From IMG/VR virus record IMGVR_UViG_3300045999_010503, positions 2,322-66,321 of that record: a stretch of 64,000 nt of DNA; one strand, written 5' to 3'. The stretch comes from a virus. The notes below the pieces were generated by a model, which did not search any database, had not been told where the DNA came from, and saw nothing but the letters and a program-made list of their open reading frames with translations. Both the position numbers and the translations under genes were made by a program. Positions 8,733-17,999 of this stretch are shown in pieces. Every line of letters starts with the position of its first letter. Positions within the stretch are counted from its first letter, which is position 1.

Positions 8733-8859
8733 CCCATTTTCCTGCTAGCGGGAAACGCACGTCACGCCGCTCACGGAACAGTGCCTAAACGACAGTGAGC
8801 AGAGGAGCCTCATCTCAAGAGGCCGCCCGCCGGGAGCGTTATCCCGGCTCCATCTTCTC

Positions 8860-10719
8860 ATGCCCGAGACCTGCTCATCCACGCCCCACTGGCCCGCCAC
8901 GACTTCCTTCGCGGTCGACTTTGAGTCGACCTACTCGAAAGGGAAGCGCGACATCTCCACGCTGGGCACGGCTCAGTATCTCCGCCACCAAGAGACGAAG
9001 ATCTACCTCGTCTCGATCTACGGCGTCTTCCCCGACGGCACCGCCATCAGCTACTCCGGCCCCGTCGAGCAGGCGCCCTGGCACCGCATCAACGGCCATC
9101 ATTGGGTGAGCCACAACGCCGCCTTCGACGCCCAGGTATTCATCGAGTGCCTACGCCGCGGCCAGGCCCCCGAGGACGTCGCCCCGAGCGCGTGGGACTG
9201 CACCGCCGACCTCGCCGCCTTCCTCGGCTCCGGCCGATCCTTGGCCGCCGCCTGCGAGTTCCTCCTTGGCGTCACGGTCGACAAGACCGTGCGCGACGAG
9301 ATGAACAACAAGACCTGGGAGACGATGACGCCTGAGTTCCGCCAGGCCGCCATCGACTACGCGCTCAACGACGCCAAGCGTTGCTGGGAACTGTGGCAGG
9401 GTTACGGCGCCCAGTGGCCGGCCAAGGAAGTCGCGATCAGCCGCCACACCGCCGACATGGTCATTCGCGGTATCCACGTCGACAGCGCCTACGTCGACGA
9501 GGGCATCAGCACCCTCAATAAGGCCATCTTCGAGGTCGAGGGCCGCATCCCCTGGCTCGACGAGAAGGACGCGAAGGGCAAGTTCTACACCGTCGGCAGC
9601 AAGAAGGCGATGGCCAAGGCTTGTGTCGCCGCCGGCATCCCGCCGCCCACGTCCACGGCCGACAAGAACGAGCTCTTCGACCGCTGGTGCGAGCAGTTCG
9701 CCGACCGCGCGCCCTTCGTCGCCGCGGTGAAGGAACATCGCTCCATCAACCGCACGATCGACGTGCTGGAGAAGATCCGCGACCGCACGCTCGCCGACGG
9801 GCGGATGCCCTACGGGCTGAAGTATTTTGGGGCCCATACGGGGCGATTTTCGGGCGACTCCGGCCTCAACCTCCACAACCTCACCAAGAAGAAGATCGCC
9901 GGCGTCGACCTCCGCGGCTGCCTCGTCCCCGCGCCCGGCAAGAAGTTCATCGTCGCCGACCTCAAGCAGATCGAGGCGCGCGTCTCCCTCTGGTTTGCCG
10001 AGGACTGGGCGCAGCTCGAACTCCTGCGCAACGGCATGGACGTCTACGAGGCCCACGCCCGCCAGACGATGGGCTACAAGGACCCGATGCCCTTGTCCGA
10101 GTGGGTGAAGTTGCCCGAGCGCACCGACGCCGAGAAGAACGTCCGCCAGATCGCCAAGGCGCGCGTCCTCGGCCTCGGCTTTGGTATGGGCCACGCCCGC
10201 CTCATCGACTATGCGAAGGCCCAACTCGGCCTCGAGCTGACCGTGCAGCAGGCCAAGGCGATCGTGAACGGCTTCCGCAACGCCAACCGCGGCATTGTCC
10301 ACCTCTGGAACAAGCTGGGCCGCGCGATGGAGACCCACGCTGGCGGCCCGAACCGCCACGCACCCTTCGTCATCGAACTCCCGAGCTGGCGCCAACTCGA
10401 GTATTACGACGTGAACTCGTCAGACGGGCTCCAAGCCCGCGACGAGATCGGCGGCCGGATGAATTACTACCACGGCCCGAAGCTCGCCGAGAACGTCGTC
10501 CAAGCCACCGCCCGCGACGTGCTCGTCGAGGCCATCCTCCGCATCGAATCGGTCTTCCCCGGCTCCGTCGTCCTCCACGTCCACGACGAAGTCGTCTGCG
10601 AGGTCGACCTGTCCGTCGACCCCGCCGAGATCGAGGCGCTCATGTCTGTCACCCCCGACTGGGTCGAGGGGCTGCCGGTAGGTTCCTCGGTCGAGGAAGC
10701 CGAACGCTATTTCAAGTAA
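8860..10719 (+). CDS. Family A DNA polymerase with 3'-5' exonuclease
   Basis: DFES, HNAAFD, YALND, DLKQIEAR, KARVLGLGFG, ENVVQATARD, HVHDE. Confidence 0.93.
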   Translation: MPETCSSTPHWPATTSFAVDFESTYSKGKRDISTLGTAQYLRHQETKIYLVSIYGVFPDGTAISYSGPVEQAPWHRINGHHWVSHNAAFDAQVFIECLRRGQAPEDVAPSAWDCTADLAAFLGSGRSLAAACEFLLGVTVDKTVRDEMNNKTWETMTPEFRQAAIDYALNDAKRCWELWQGYGAQWPAKEVAISRHTADMVIRGIHVDSAYVDEGISTLNKAIFEVEGRIPWLDEKDAKGKFYTVGSKKAMAKACVAAGIPPPTSTADKNELFDRWCEQFADRAPFVAAVKEHRSINRTIDVLEKIRDRTLADGRMPYGLKYFGAHTGRFSGDSGLNLHNLTKKKIAGVDLRGCLVPAPGKKFIVADLKQIEARVSLWFAEDWAQLELLRNGMDVYEAHARQTMGYKDPMPLSEWVKLPERTDAEKNVRQIAKARVLGLGFGMGHARLIDYAKAQLGLELTVQQAKAIVNGFRNANRGIVHLWNKLGRAMETHAGGPNRHAPFVIELPSWRQLEYYDVNSSDGLQARDEIGGRMNYYHGPKLAENVVQATARDVLVEAILRIESVFPGSVVLHVHDEVVCEVDLSVDPAEIEALMSVTPDWVEGLPVGSSVEEAERYFK

Positions 10720-10731
10720 CAACTTCTAACA

Positions 10732-11013
10732 ATGCGTGCCACCCTTCGTCTCTACGCCCACTCACGACTCAGCCTCGCGAGCTCCCTCCACCTGAAGCGC
10801 GTCCTCGACGACGCCCCGCCCGTCCTCTTCCCCGGCGTCGGCGTCTGCCTCCACGTCGGCGGCCCGGTCCACAAGATCAAGTGGACCACCTACGATCCTG
10901 CGACGCGGTCCCTCTCGGTGAAGCTGGAGGATTTCTTGCTTCCTACCGGCCTCGGCGCGTGGCAGGACCGCCTGGCGGAGCTCTACGCCGAGGGCTGGGA
11001 GGACGACGTATGA
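10732..11013 (+). CDS. Hypothetical protein
   Basis: AC-rich leader, coupled to the next gene. Confidence 0.65.
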   Translation: MRATLRLYAHSRLSLASSLHLKRVLDDAPPVLFPGVGVCLHVGGPVHKIKWTTYDPATRSLSVKLEDFLLPTGLGAWQDRLAELYAEGWEDDV

Positions 11014-11402
11014 TCCCGCAGTCCTGGCTGGTGCTCGGCACTGCCTCCGTTCTCGTGGGGTTCCTGCTCTACGACGTATTCGGCCCTAAGGCGGGAGAGG
11101 GGGTAAACCCCGACGCGCTCGTCGGCAAGGCGTCTTGGTATGGCGAGGAGCTCCGAGGCCGCCCGATGGCGAACGGCAAGCCCTTCGACCCCGACCGCCT
11201 CACCTGCGCGTCCTGGCACTGGCCCCTCGGGGCGCGACTCCGGGTCACCCACGGCCAGCGCAGCATCGTCGTCACGGTCACCGACCGCGGCCCGAACAGG
11301 CGTTTCCCCGACCGCATTGTTGACCTCTCCTATGGCGCCTTCGCCCACCTGGCGCATCCCGACGTCGGTTTGATCGAGGTGACGGTCGTCCAGGTTCCTT
11401 GA
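11010..11402 (+). CDS. RlpA-like DPBB lytic transglycosylase with N-terminal TM anchor
   Basis: GKASWYG..GRPMANGKPFD..LTCA..LG..VTVTDRGP..RIVDLSYGAF; true start ATG 11010 inside track ORF 9621-11402. Confidence 0.85.
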   Translation: MIPQSWLVLGTASVLVGFLLYDVFGPKAGEGVNPDALVGKASWYGEELRGRPMANGKPFDPDRLTCASWHWPLGARLRVTHGQRSIVVTVTDRGPNRRFPDRIVDLSYGAFAHLAHPDVGLIEVTVVQVP

Positions 11403-11405
11403 CCC

Positions 11406-13565
11406 ATGTTCTTCTCCCTCCCCAATCTCTCAGCCCACTCCATCCAAAACGTCGACGCGCCCTGGGCGCTGGACCTGACGCGCCCGCAGTTCGCGACGAA
11501 GGACGAGTTCCGTCTTTGGTGCAACAACCCCCAGACCGCTCACGCTTTCCTGTCCTGCGTCCAGGGCGTCCAGCCCGCGCTCCGCGTCAGCGAGGCCAAC
11601 CCGCCCACCCGCATCACGGGGCTCATCCTCGACTACGACGCCCACCCCGGCGCCGACGCCGCCGCGATGGTGCTGACCAACGCGCCCTCCGACTTCCGCC
11701 CCGCCTACGTCTGCCGCACCTTCAGCGGCCACGCCCGCGTCATCTACCGCTTCGAGGAGCCGATGCCGCTCTTCAACCTCGACTTCGCACGCGAGTTCCT
11801 GAAGCGCGTCGGCCGCGAACTCAAGCTGCGGAAGCTGCTCCCTGGATTCGAGAACGAGGCCCTGGCCGACCTCGCCAAGCACTACGAGCTCGGCACGCAC
11901 TGGACCCCGGTCGGCGACGGCGCGGCCGTCATCCCGACAGCCAACCTCCTTGTCTGGCTCACCGAGGTCTCTCGCAAATACAAGTGGGACAAGGTCGACA
12001 CCGTCGTCCCCATCGAGTTCGTCCGCGAGGAGGCCGAGAAGCGGTTCCCTGGCGGCTGGCCGGGCGGCTGGGATCTGTTTGCCGTCGGCGCTCGCGGACC
12101 TCGCTTCTGGGACGCCAGCGCGAGCGACCCGACCGCGGTCATCGTGCGCGAGAGCGGCTGCCAGTTCTTCAGTGACGGCGGCGGCTGGATGTCATGGGAG
12201 GCCATCTTCGGCGGCGACTTCATTCGTCGCTGGACCAGCGACCGGATCGGCAACGCGATCAAAGACCTCTGGTTCGACAGCAAGTATTACTGGCGTAAGA
12301 CGCCGCTCGGCGACTGGCAAAACGTGACCAAGGAGGACATCCGCCTCGACCTGTTCACCCATCGGCGCCTCAGCAGCAAGAGCCCCAAGGCCGGCTGCCC
12401 GAGCGAGATCGACGAGGCCCTCTACGACATCCAAACTACCCACCATGTTCGCAAGGCGATGCCGTTCCTGTTCCGCCCGGACGGCCCCTACACCTACAAC
12501 GGTAAGAGGTATTTGAATACATCCACCGTCCGACCGATCCCGCCCGTAGATCACTCGGTCGAGTGGGGCGAAGGTTTCCCCTGGCTCGCGCAGTTCCTCC
12601 TCACGCTCTTCGAGCCGGACGACCAGCTCGACTACTTCATGGCCTGGCTGAAGCATTTCTACCTGGGGGCCTACTCGCAGGACCCGGCGCGCGGTCTGGC
12701 GCTCTTCATCGCGGGCCCCGTCGGCGCGGGCAAGACCGTGCTGAACAAGGCCATCATCGGCCAGCTCATGGGCGGGCGCCAGGATGCCGGCGCCTACCTC
12801 ACGGGCTCCGACAAGTTCAACGACGCGCTCTTCAGCGCGGCCGTTTGGAACGTGGACGACGAGATCGCGCCCGACGACAAAAAGCGCCCGGTCTACACCC
12901 AGATCCTCAAGAAGATCATCGCCAACGACAGCTTCACCTACCGGCCGATGCACGTCAGCGGCGAAGACATGGAGTGGGTCGGCCGCCCGGTGCTCACGCT
13001 CAACGACGACCCCGAGTCGCTCCAACTCCTGCCCGAGACCGAGCGCAACATCCTCGACAAGATCATGCTCCTCCGCTCGAAGAGCCCGGAGGTCGACTAC
13101 TGGCCGAGCGACGCGGAGATCGCGGCCGAGCTGCCCTTCTTCGCCGCCTTCCTCCGGGACTGGACGCCGCCGCCCGAGACCGTGCCGCCACCTAACAAGA
13201 AGCGGTTCGGCGTGAACAGCTACAAGCACCCCGACCTCCTGCTCGCCGCCAACGCCACCAACGCCACCAGCAGCTTCGAGGAGCTCCTCGAGCTCTGGCG
13301 GACCGAGTGGTTTGCCCCCGGTGGCGCGGGCGAGAGCCAGCTTTACTGGGAAGGCACGCCCACCGCCCTCAGCCAGGACGTCAGCCGCAATGACACCCTC
13401 GCGAACATCCTCGACCGCAACTTCAGCAGCGTGACCGCGCTCGGCACCCATCTGACCAAGCTCGTGCGTCGCCACGAGGGTCGCCCGAACCCGCTTGTCA
13501 CCCGCACCGGCCACCGCCGCTACCGCATCAGCCGACCCAATGCCGCTACCGATAACAACTCCTAA
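11406..13565 (+). CDS. Primase-helicase (primase-like N-terminus, SF3/DUF5906 ATPase)
   Basis: LDYD and TFSGH primase-like motifs; GPVGAGKT Walker A; WNVDDE Walker B; TLN. Confidence 0.85.
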   Translation: MFFSLPNLSAHSIQNVDAPWALDLTRPQFATKDEFRLWCNNPQTAHAFLSCVQGVQPALRVSEANPPTRITGLILDYDAHPGADAAAMVLTNAPSDFRPAYVCRTFSGHARVIYRFEEPMPLFNLDFAREFLKRVGRELKLRKLLPGFENEALADLAKHYELGTHWTPVGDGAAVIPTANLLVWLTEVSRKYKWDKVDTVVPIEFVREEAEKRFPGGWPGGWDLFAVGARGPRFWDASASDPTAVIVRESGCQFFSDGGGWMSWEAIFGGDFIRRWTSDRIGNAIKDLWFDSKYYWRKTPLGDWQNVTKEDIRLDLFTHRRLSSKSPKAGCPSEIDEALYDIQTTHHVRKAMPFLFRPDGPYTYNGKRYLNTSTVRPIPPVDHSVEWGEGFPWLAQFLLTLFEPDDQLDYFMAWLKHFYLGAYSQDPARGLALFIAGPVGAGKTVLNKAIIGQLMGGRQDAGAYLTGSDKFNDALFSAAVWNVDDEIAPDDKKRPVYTQILKKIIANDSFTYRPMHVSGEDMEWVGRPVLTLNDDPESLQLLPETERNILDKIMLLRSKSPEVDYWPSDAEIAAELPFFAAFLRDWTPPPETVPPPNKKRFGVNSYKHPDLLLAANATNATSSFEELLELWRTEWFAPGGAGESQLYWEGTPTALSQDVSRNDTLANILDRNFSSVTALGTHLTKLVRRHEGRPNPLVTRTGHRRYRISRPNAATDNNS

Positions 13566-13977
13566 CAAACCGCAGCAGTTGACCTGCCCCTGCTGCCGCG
13601 GACCGATCGAGGTCTCCTCGTATCGAGACGAGTCGTTTAGGGCCGCGCAACGGGTCGTCGTGCGGCACCCGCGTCGGCGCGTGGCGCGGCCACGTCCGTC
13701 CATGCTCGCCGCCAATTACGACCCGTTCGACTGCACCGCCTCCGTTGCCGAGGTCCCCGAGCTCGCCCTCGCGTTCCAGGTCGACGACCTGCTCAGTCTG
13801 CACGCCATCGGCGCCTACACCGACCAAATGCTCACCGACGCGGTGAGGCAACTCGGGAAGCGGTGCTTCGAGGAGCTCCAGGGCATCGCCCAGCCCGTCG
13901 CCCCGACACACAAACCCGCGCCCGCGGCCAAACTGTCCACTGGCTTCGGCAAGGACGTTCGGAGGGTCCTGGTATGA
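13540..13977 (+). CDS. Hypothetical protein ending FGKDVRRVLV
   Basis: CPCC motif; Pro/Ala linker then the shared tag. Confidence 0.7.
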   Translation: MPLPITTPNKPQQLTCPCCRGPIEVSSYRDESFRAAQRVVVRHPRRRVARPRPSMLAANYDPFDCTASVAEVPELALAFQVDDLLSLHAIGAYTDQMLTDAVRQLGKRCFEELQGIAQPVAPTHKPAPAAKLSTGFGKDVRRVLV

Positions 13978-14348
13978 AGGTCGTCGACCTCACCATCGAC
14001 TATCCCAGCCACCAGGCGGTCGACTGTTACGGCGACCACGTCGCGACGATGTATGGCCATGCGCGGGTCCGTGCGAGGGCGGCGCTCGACCCCGGCGAGG
14101 CGCCGCCTCTCGCGGGAACGGTAATCGACTTCCCCTCGTTCGGCCCGCTGCTCGTCACGCACGTCACCTATTCGCAATGGCCCTACGTCGACCTCATCGG
14201 CCAGAGCGCCGCTGGCTACGACGCCCTGCTTTTCCCGATGTCGTCGGCCAAGATCACACCACCTCAGCCTGCCCCATCCGCGCCCGTCGCGATGCCGAAA
14301 AACCCGACGCCGATTTTCGGCAAGGACACCCGGAGGATCACCGCATGA
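13974..14348 (+). CDS. Hypothetical protein ending FGKDTRRITA
   Basis: Coupled ORF; Pro-rich linker then the shared tag. Confidence 0.7.
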   Translation: MKVVDLTIDYPSHQAVDCYGDHVATMYGHARVRARAALDPGEAPPLAGTVIDFPSFGPLLVTHVTYSQWPYVDLIGQSAAGYDALLFPMSSAKITPPQPAPSAPVAMPKNPTPIFGKDTRRITA

Positions 14349-14536
14349 CCGCGGACCGCCTGCTCACCGCCGACGAGGTGATGGCCCGCTACGGCTACAA
14401 GGCCCGATCATCCTTCTGGCAGTTCGTCCATGCCAAGGGGGTGCCGCACATCCAGCTCAACGCGCGCAAGATCGTGTTCAGCCCGGCCGCCCTCGAGGCG
14501 TGGGAAGCGAAGCGCACCGTGGGGGCCCGGAAATGA
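14345..14536 (+). CDS. Excisionase-like (AlpA/MerR HTH)
   Basis: LLTADEVMARYGYK..GVPHIQLNARKIVFSPAALEAWE; near the integrase. Confidence 0.8.
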   Translation: MTADRLLTADEVMARYGYKARSSFWQFVHAKGVPHIQLNARKIVFSPAALEAWEAKRTVGARK

Positions 14537-14772
14537 GAGACCGCATCCGCTCCCTGCTCGCCGACGGCCGCGCCCGCACCTGCCGAGAGATCGGCGCCGA
14601 ACTCGGCATCATGGCCGCCCGCGCGCACTTCATTGTGCGGCATCTGGAGGACGTGCTCCGCATCCCCGGCCCGCCAACCTCCAAGCGCGCCCGCGAAGAG
14701 GGATACCGCCGTGGGCGGGGCTCCCTCTGGCGCATCGACCCCAATTTCCAATTCCGATCCTACCAACGATGA
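14533..14772 (+). CDS. Winged-HTH protein
   Basis: IRSLLADGRARTCREIGAELGI...SLWRI. Confidence 0.7.
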   Translation: MRDRIRSLLADGRARTCREIGAELGIMAARAHFIVRHLEDVLRIPGPPTSKRAREEGYRRGRGSLWRIDPNFQFRSYQR

Positions 14773-15437
14773 ACCAACTACCTACCATCTACATCGCCGG
14801 GCCCATGTCCGGCTTGCTCGACCACAACTTCCCCGCGTTCAACGCCGAGGCCTTGCGTCTTCGCGATGCCGGGCACCTCGTCCTGAACCCGGCGGAGAGT
14901 GATGGCGGCAGCACGGACAAGCCGTGGGCCTTCTACATGCGGAAGGCGCTGGCCATGCTCGTCCAGGCGGACGAGGTCCTCGCCCTGACGGGGTGGGAGC
15001 AGAGCCGGGGCGCCCGCATCGAGATACGCCTTGCTCTCTGGCTGGGGATGCCAGTTCGCCGTCAAGGCTCGGGACATCCCGTGTCGTCCTTCGACATTCC
15101 GCCGGAGGCTCACGCCCCGCGGGTTTACCTCGATCAACCTGCGCCTGCGCCCGAGCCAAGCTCGGAGACCGTGTGCCAGGAGGCCGACCGCCTCGTCTCT
15201 GGGGACCGCGGCTCCGCCTACGGGCACCCGCTCGACAACTTCACGCACACGGGCCGCCTCTGGGCGCCCATCCTCGGCCTCGACGAGGTCACGCCTGAGC
15301 AAGTGGCGCTCTGCATGATCGGCGTGAAGCTCTCGCGCGAGTGCCACAAATCGAAGCGCGACAATGCGACGGACATCGCCGGCTACGCCAAGTGCCTCGA
15401 CCTGGTGCGCGAAGAGAAGGCGCGGAGGGCGTCGTGA
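14769..15437 (+). CDS. DUF4406 (nucleoside deoxyribosyltransferase-like) fused to DUF6378
   Basis: IYIAGPMSG..NFPAF..LNPA..GWEQSRGARIE; then RGSAYGHPLDNF..QVALCMIGVKLSR..DIAGYA. Confidence 0.8.
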   Translation: MNQLPTIYIAGPMSGLLDHNFPAFNAEALRLRDAGHLVLNPAESDGGSTDKPWAFYMRKALAMLVQADEVLALTGWEQSRGARIEIRLALWLGMPVRRQGSGHPVSSFDIPPEAHAPRVYLDQPAPAPEPSSETVCQEADRLVSGDRGSAYGHPLDNFTHTGRLWAPILGLDEVTPEQVALCMIGVKLSRECHKSKRDNATDIAGYAKCLDLVREEKARRAS

Positions 15438-15634
15438 AAATCTACCTTGTGGTCTCGCACGACCGATTGGAGCCGTGGAGCTCCGTCCACAAGCGCGCCT
15501 ACCCGACCCGCGAGGCAGCGGCGAAGCGCGTAGCCCGGCTTGAAAACAGCGAAGCCGCAGAGGTCTCTTTCTTCAGAGTGGAGGAGGTTGAGTTGGTAGG
15601 GCAAACCACGCCTCTGCCTCGTCCTTCCGCATGA
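15434..15634 (+). CDS. Hypothetical protein
   Basis: GTGA-coupled KIYLVV...YPTREAA...VEEVEL; convergent overlap with the integrase. Confidence 0.6.
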   Translation: MKIYLVVSHDRLEPWSSVHKRAYPTREAAAKRVARLENSEAAEVSFFRVEEVELVGQTTPLPRPSA

Positions 15635-16733
15635 GCTCCCGGTAGTGGCGGTGCAGCACGCTCGGCGTGTTGCCCGCCTCGATCGAGGTCTCGTTCACGT
15701 TGCCCGTCACCGCCACTCGGGCCGAAATCCAGGAGTGGCGAAATCCGTTGTCGGCGAGGTCGAGCCCCGACGTCCGGCAAATATCCCTGATCCGGTCAAT
15801 CGCGAGATTGGTGCAGATCGGGCCTTTCGTCGTGCCCGGACGCAACGCCCGAAGCCGCGCCACCGCCGCCGTGGGGATTGGCACCATCCGCCGCGCCGGT
15901 GTGCGCGGCTTGGCCTTGCTGACCCGCAGGAACGCGCGATCAAGGTCGATGTCGTCCCAGGTCTGGGCGTGGACCTCCGCGCGCCGTAGGCCGCAAGCAG
16001 AGGCCAAGATGAGGGCCGGCTCATACTCCGGCTTCGCCCGGCGAACCTCGACGTAGGCCAGGGCCAGCTCCGCTGGCGTCACGAGGCCGATCTGGACACG
16101 CTTCGCCCGGACGGTGTCAGTGCGCTCCGCGGCGGTGAGCGTGTCCAGCGGGAGGTAGTTCCGCTTCCGCGCCCACCGGAAAAGGGTGACGATGCGCTGG
16201 CGGTGGCTGTTGCGGCTGTTGGCGTTCGCGAACTGGCCGAGGTAGCCGTCGAGCTCCGCCAGCCCCAGCGACTCCAGGGCGCGCCCCCGGAAGTGATCCC
16301 GGAAGCGCGGCAAGGTGCGGTCGTAGCCGGCCGTCGTGTCGACGCCCACCGATTGCTTTTGCGCGTAGAACTTTGCCACTACGTCCTCAACAAGGGCCTT
16401 GTGAGTAGAAGGTGACGCCTTGTCCCGGGCGGTTCGCCATTCGCGAATTGCGACGAGGAGCGGAGTGTCACCGGCGAGCCCCCGTGCCGCGGCGAGCTCG
16501 GCGCGGTCCTCGGAGGTCATGCCGGCGGCGTCGATCCGACCGGCGTTGAGCTGCTTGGCCTTCAGCCCGGCCTCCTCGAGCGCGGCGGCCTCGTCGGCGA
16601 ACTTCTGTTTCTTGCGGCCCTCGGCGGTTTGCCAGACCAGGACGAAGGCCCAGCCGGTGCGGTTCGTCTCGTGTCTCACGCGGTAGACCTTCACGCTCGC
16701 GTTGCCCTTCTTGATCGTCCTCGGCCAGGCCAT
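15573..16733 (-). CDS. int: Tyrosine integrase
   Basis: GLRRAE, KAK, NGFRHS, AGNT, HRHY catalytic pattern plus an arm-binding N-terminus. Confidence 0.93.
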   Translation of the reverse strand: MAWPRTIKKGNASVKVYRVRHETNRTGWAFVLVWQTAEGRKKQKFADEAAALEEAGLKAKQLNAGRIDAAGMTSEDRAELAAARGLAGDTPLLVAIREWRTARDKASPSTHKALVEDVVAKFYAQKQSVGVDTTAGYDRTLPRFRDHFRGRALESLGLAELDGYLGQFANANSRNSHRQRIVTLFRWARKRNYLPLDTLTAAERTDTVRAKRVQIGLVTPAELALAYVEVRRAKPEYEPALILASACGLRRAEVHAQTWDDIDLDRAFLRVSKAKPRTPARRMVPIPTAAVARLRALRPGTTKGPICTNLAIDRIRDICRTSGLDLADNGFRHSWISARVAVTGNVNETSIEAGNTPSVLHRHYRELMRKDEAEAWFALPTQPPPL

Positions 16734-16818
16734 CGGCAGGGACCAAAAGGGGACAGACCGAGGCGGACAACTCTATTCCACGGCGGACGGGGTTCCTCTG
16801 GACGGGGCCAGCGGAAGG

Positions 16819-16834
16819 CCTGTTCTGGGCACCA
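16819..16834 (+). other. Putative attP core matching a tRNA(-Leu) 3' end
   Basis: CCTGTTCTGGGCACCA (T-stem 3' strand, acceptor strand, ACCA) upstream of int; flanked by GGGACCAAAAGGGGACA and GGAACGGAAAGGGAACA arm-like repeats. Confidence 0.7.
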
Positions 16835-16894
16835 TTCTCCCTCTGAAGAGGGTTTCAGGGAACGGAAAGGGAACAAACCCGACGTCGGGAACCC

Positions 16895-17767
16895 TTAGCG
16901 GGCCTCGGTGACCTCGAAGTCGATCTTGCCACCCTCGTCGTGGAAGATCCGCAGCCAAGCTGCGCCGACCGGCTTCGGCGGGGCGCCCCGCTCGATATGC
17001 CAGCCGCCGTGCCCGTCGCCATACTCCTCCTTGAAACCTGGCGTGCTGACGTGGACCTGGCGGCAATGCTCGACCCGATTCGCCCGGTTGAGTCGGACGC
17101 GGGCGATGGGTAGAATGTAGCCGTCGTGGGTGTGCCCCGTGTGGCAGATGTCGGCGTCAGGGAGAAAGACCGCGTGGCGGTTGGTCTGGATGACGCCGCG
17201 AGTCACCGGGCCGCCGCCCCCGTGCCCGTGGTGATACCAGTAGGTGAGGCTGTGCTTGCTGGTGTGGTTGTAGGTGACGTGGAAGCGGACGTAGCCGCTG
17301 AAGCCCCCGGCCCGCGCCGGACTGCCCATCGCCTGAAGCCGCTCGGTCGTGCGTTCGACGAGGTCGGTCTCGTGCATGCGCTTCACCGCCGACTCGTGGT
17401 TCCCGACCCCCCGCAGGGTGATGATGTCCTTGTAGGGCTCGAGGTAGGCCGCGCCTGTCTCCACGAGGGAGTCGAAATACTTGCTGGTCTGGTGCTCCTT
17501 GCGGATGTCGCTTTTGCTGCCGCGCTTATCGAACTTGCCCTGCATCGCGCAGAACCAGTCGCCGATGTCGAGGACGGGGCAGTCGTCCTTCTTCGCACGC
17601 TTCAGGAGCTTCTCGTAGAGCGCCCGGTCGCAATGGGGGTTGTCCCAGTGGACGTCGCTCGTGAGGAGTGCCCGGAACTCGTCACCCACCCGGGGCAACG
17701 TGAGGTCGAAGCGGTGGACGTTTCGACTGACCTCGTCGAAGACCCAGGGAGCGGACGCGCAGCTCAT
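16895..17767 (-). CDS. Calcineurin-like metallophosphoesterase
   Basis: SDVH, IGD, GNHE, HHGHG, GHTH. Confidence 0.88.
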   Translation of the reverse strand: MSCASAPWVFDEVSRNVHRFDLTLPRVGDEFRALLTSDVHWDNPHCDRALYEKLLKRAKKDDCPVLDIGDWFCAMQGKFDKRGSKSDIRKEHQTSKYFDSLVETGAAYLEPYKDIITLRGVGNHESAVKRMHETDLVERTTERLQAMGSPARAGGFSGYVRFHVTYNHTSKHSLTYWYHHGHGGGGPVTRGVIQTNRHAVFLPDADICHTGHTHDGYILPIARVRLNRANRVEHCRQVHVSTPGFKEEYGDGHGGWHIERGAPPKPVGAAWLRIFHDEGGKIDFEVTEAR

Positions 17768-17979
17768 TTGGAAGCACCACGGCCCTCGATCTGCGCCAGC
17801 TTGATCTCAACGGCGGCCATGCGCTGTCGGAGGTCGAGAAGCTCGCGATCATTCGTCGACTTGGCTTCGACGAGCGCGGAGACCTTCTCGCCGGTCTCGC
17901 TGGTCTTGAAAGCCACCCACCCCGAGACGCCCAGGAGGACGGCGATCAGGATGGTGTTAAGGTTGGTTTCTTTGCCCAT
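17764..17979 (-). CDS. Small TM plus coiled-coil protein (holin/lysis-associated?)
   Basis: ILIAVLLGVSGWVAF then a coiled coil; alternative ATG at 17988. Confidence 0.55.
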   Translation of the reverse strand: MGKETNLNTILIAVLLGVSGWVAFKTSETGEKVSALVEAKSTNDRELLDLRQRMAAVEIKLAQIEGRGASK

Positions 17980-17999
17980 GACGGTCATTGGTGTGTCAA

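Noticed and set aside
9621-11009. Long N-terminal extension of the RlpA-like ORF
   Set aside because: Arg/Pro-rich off-frame read of the polymerase; the real start is ATG 11010
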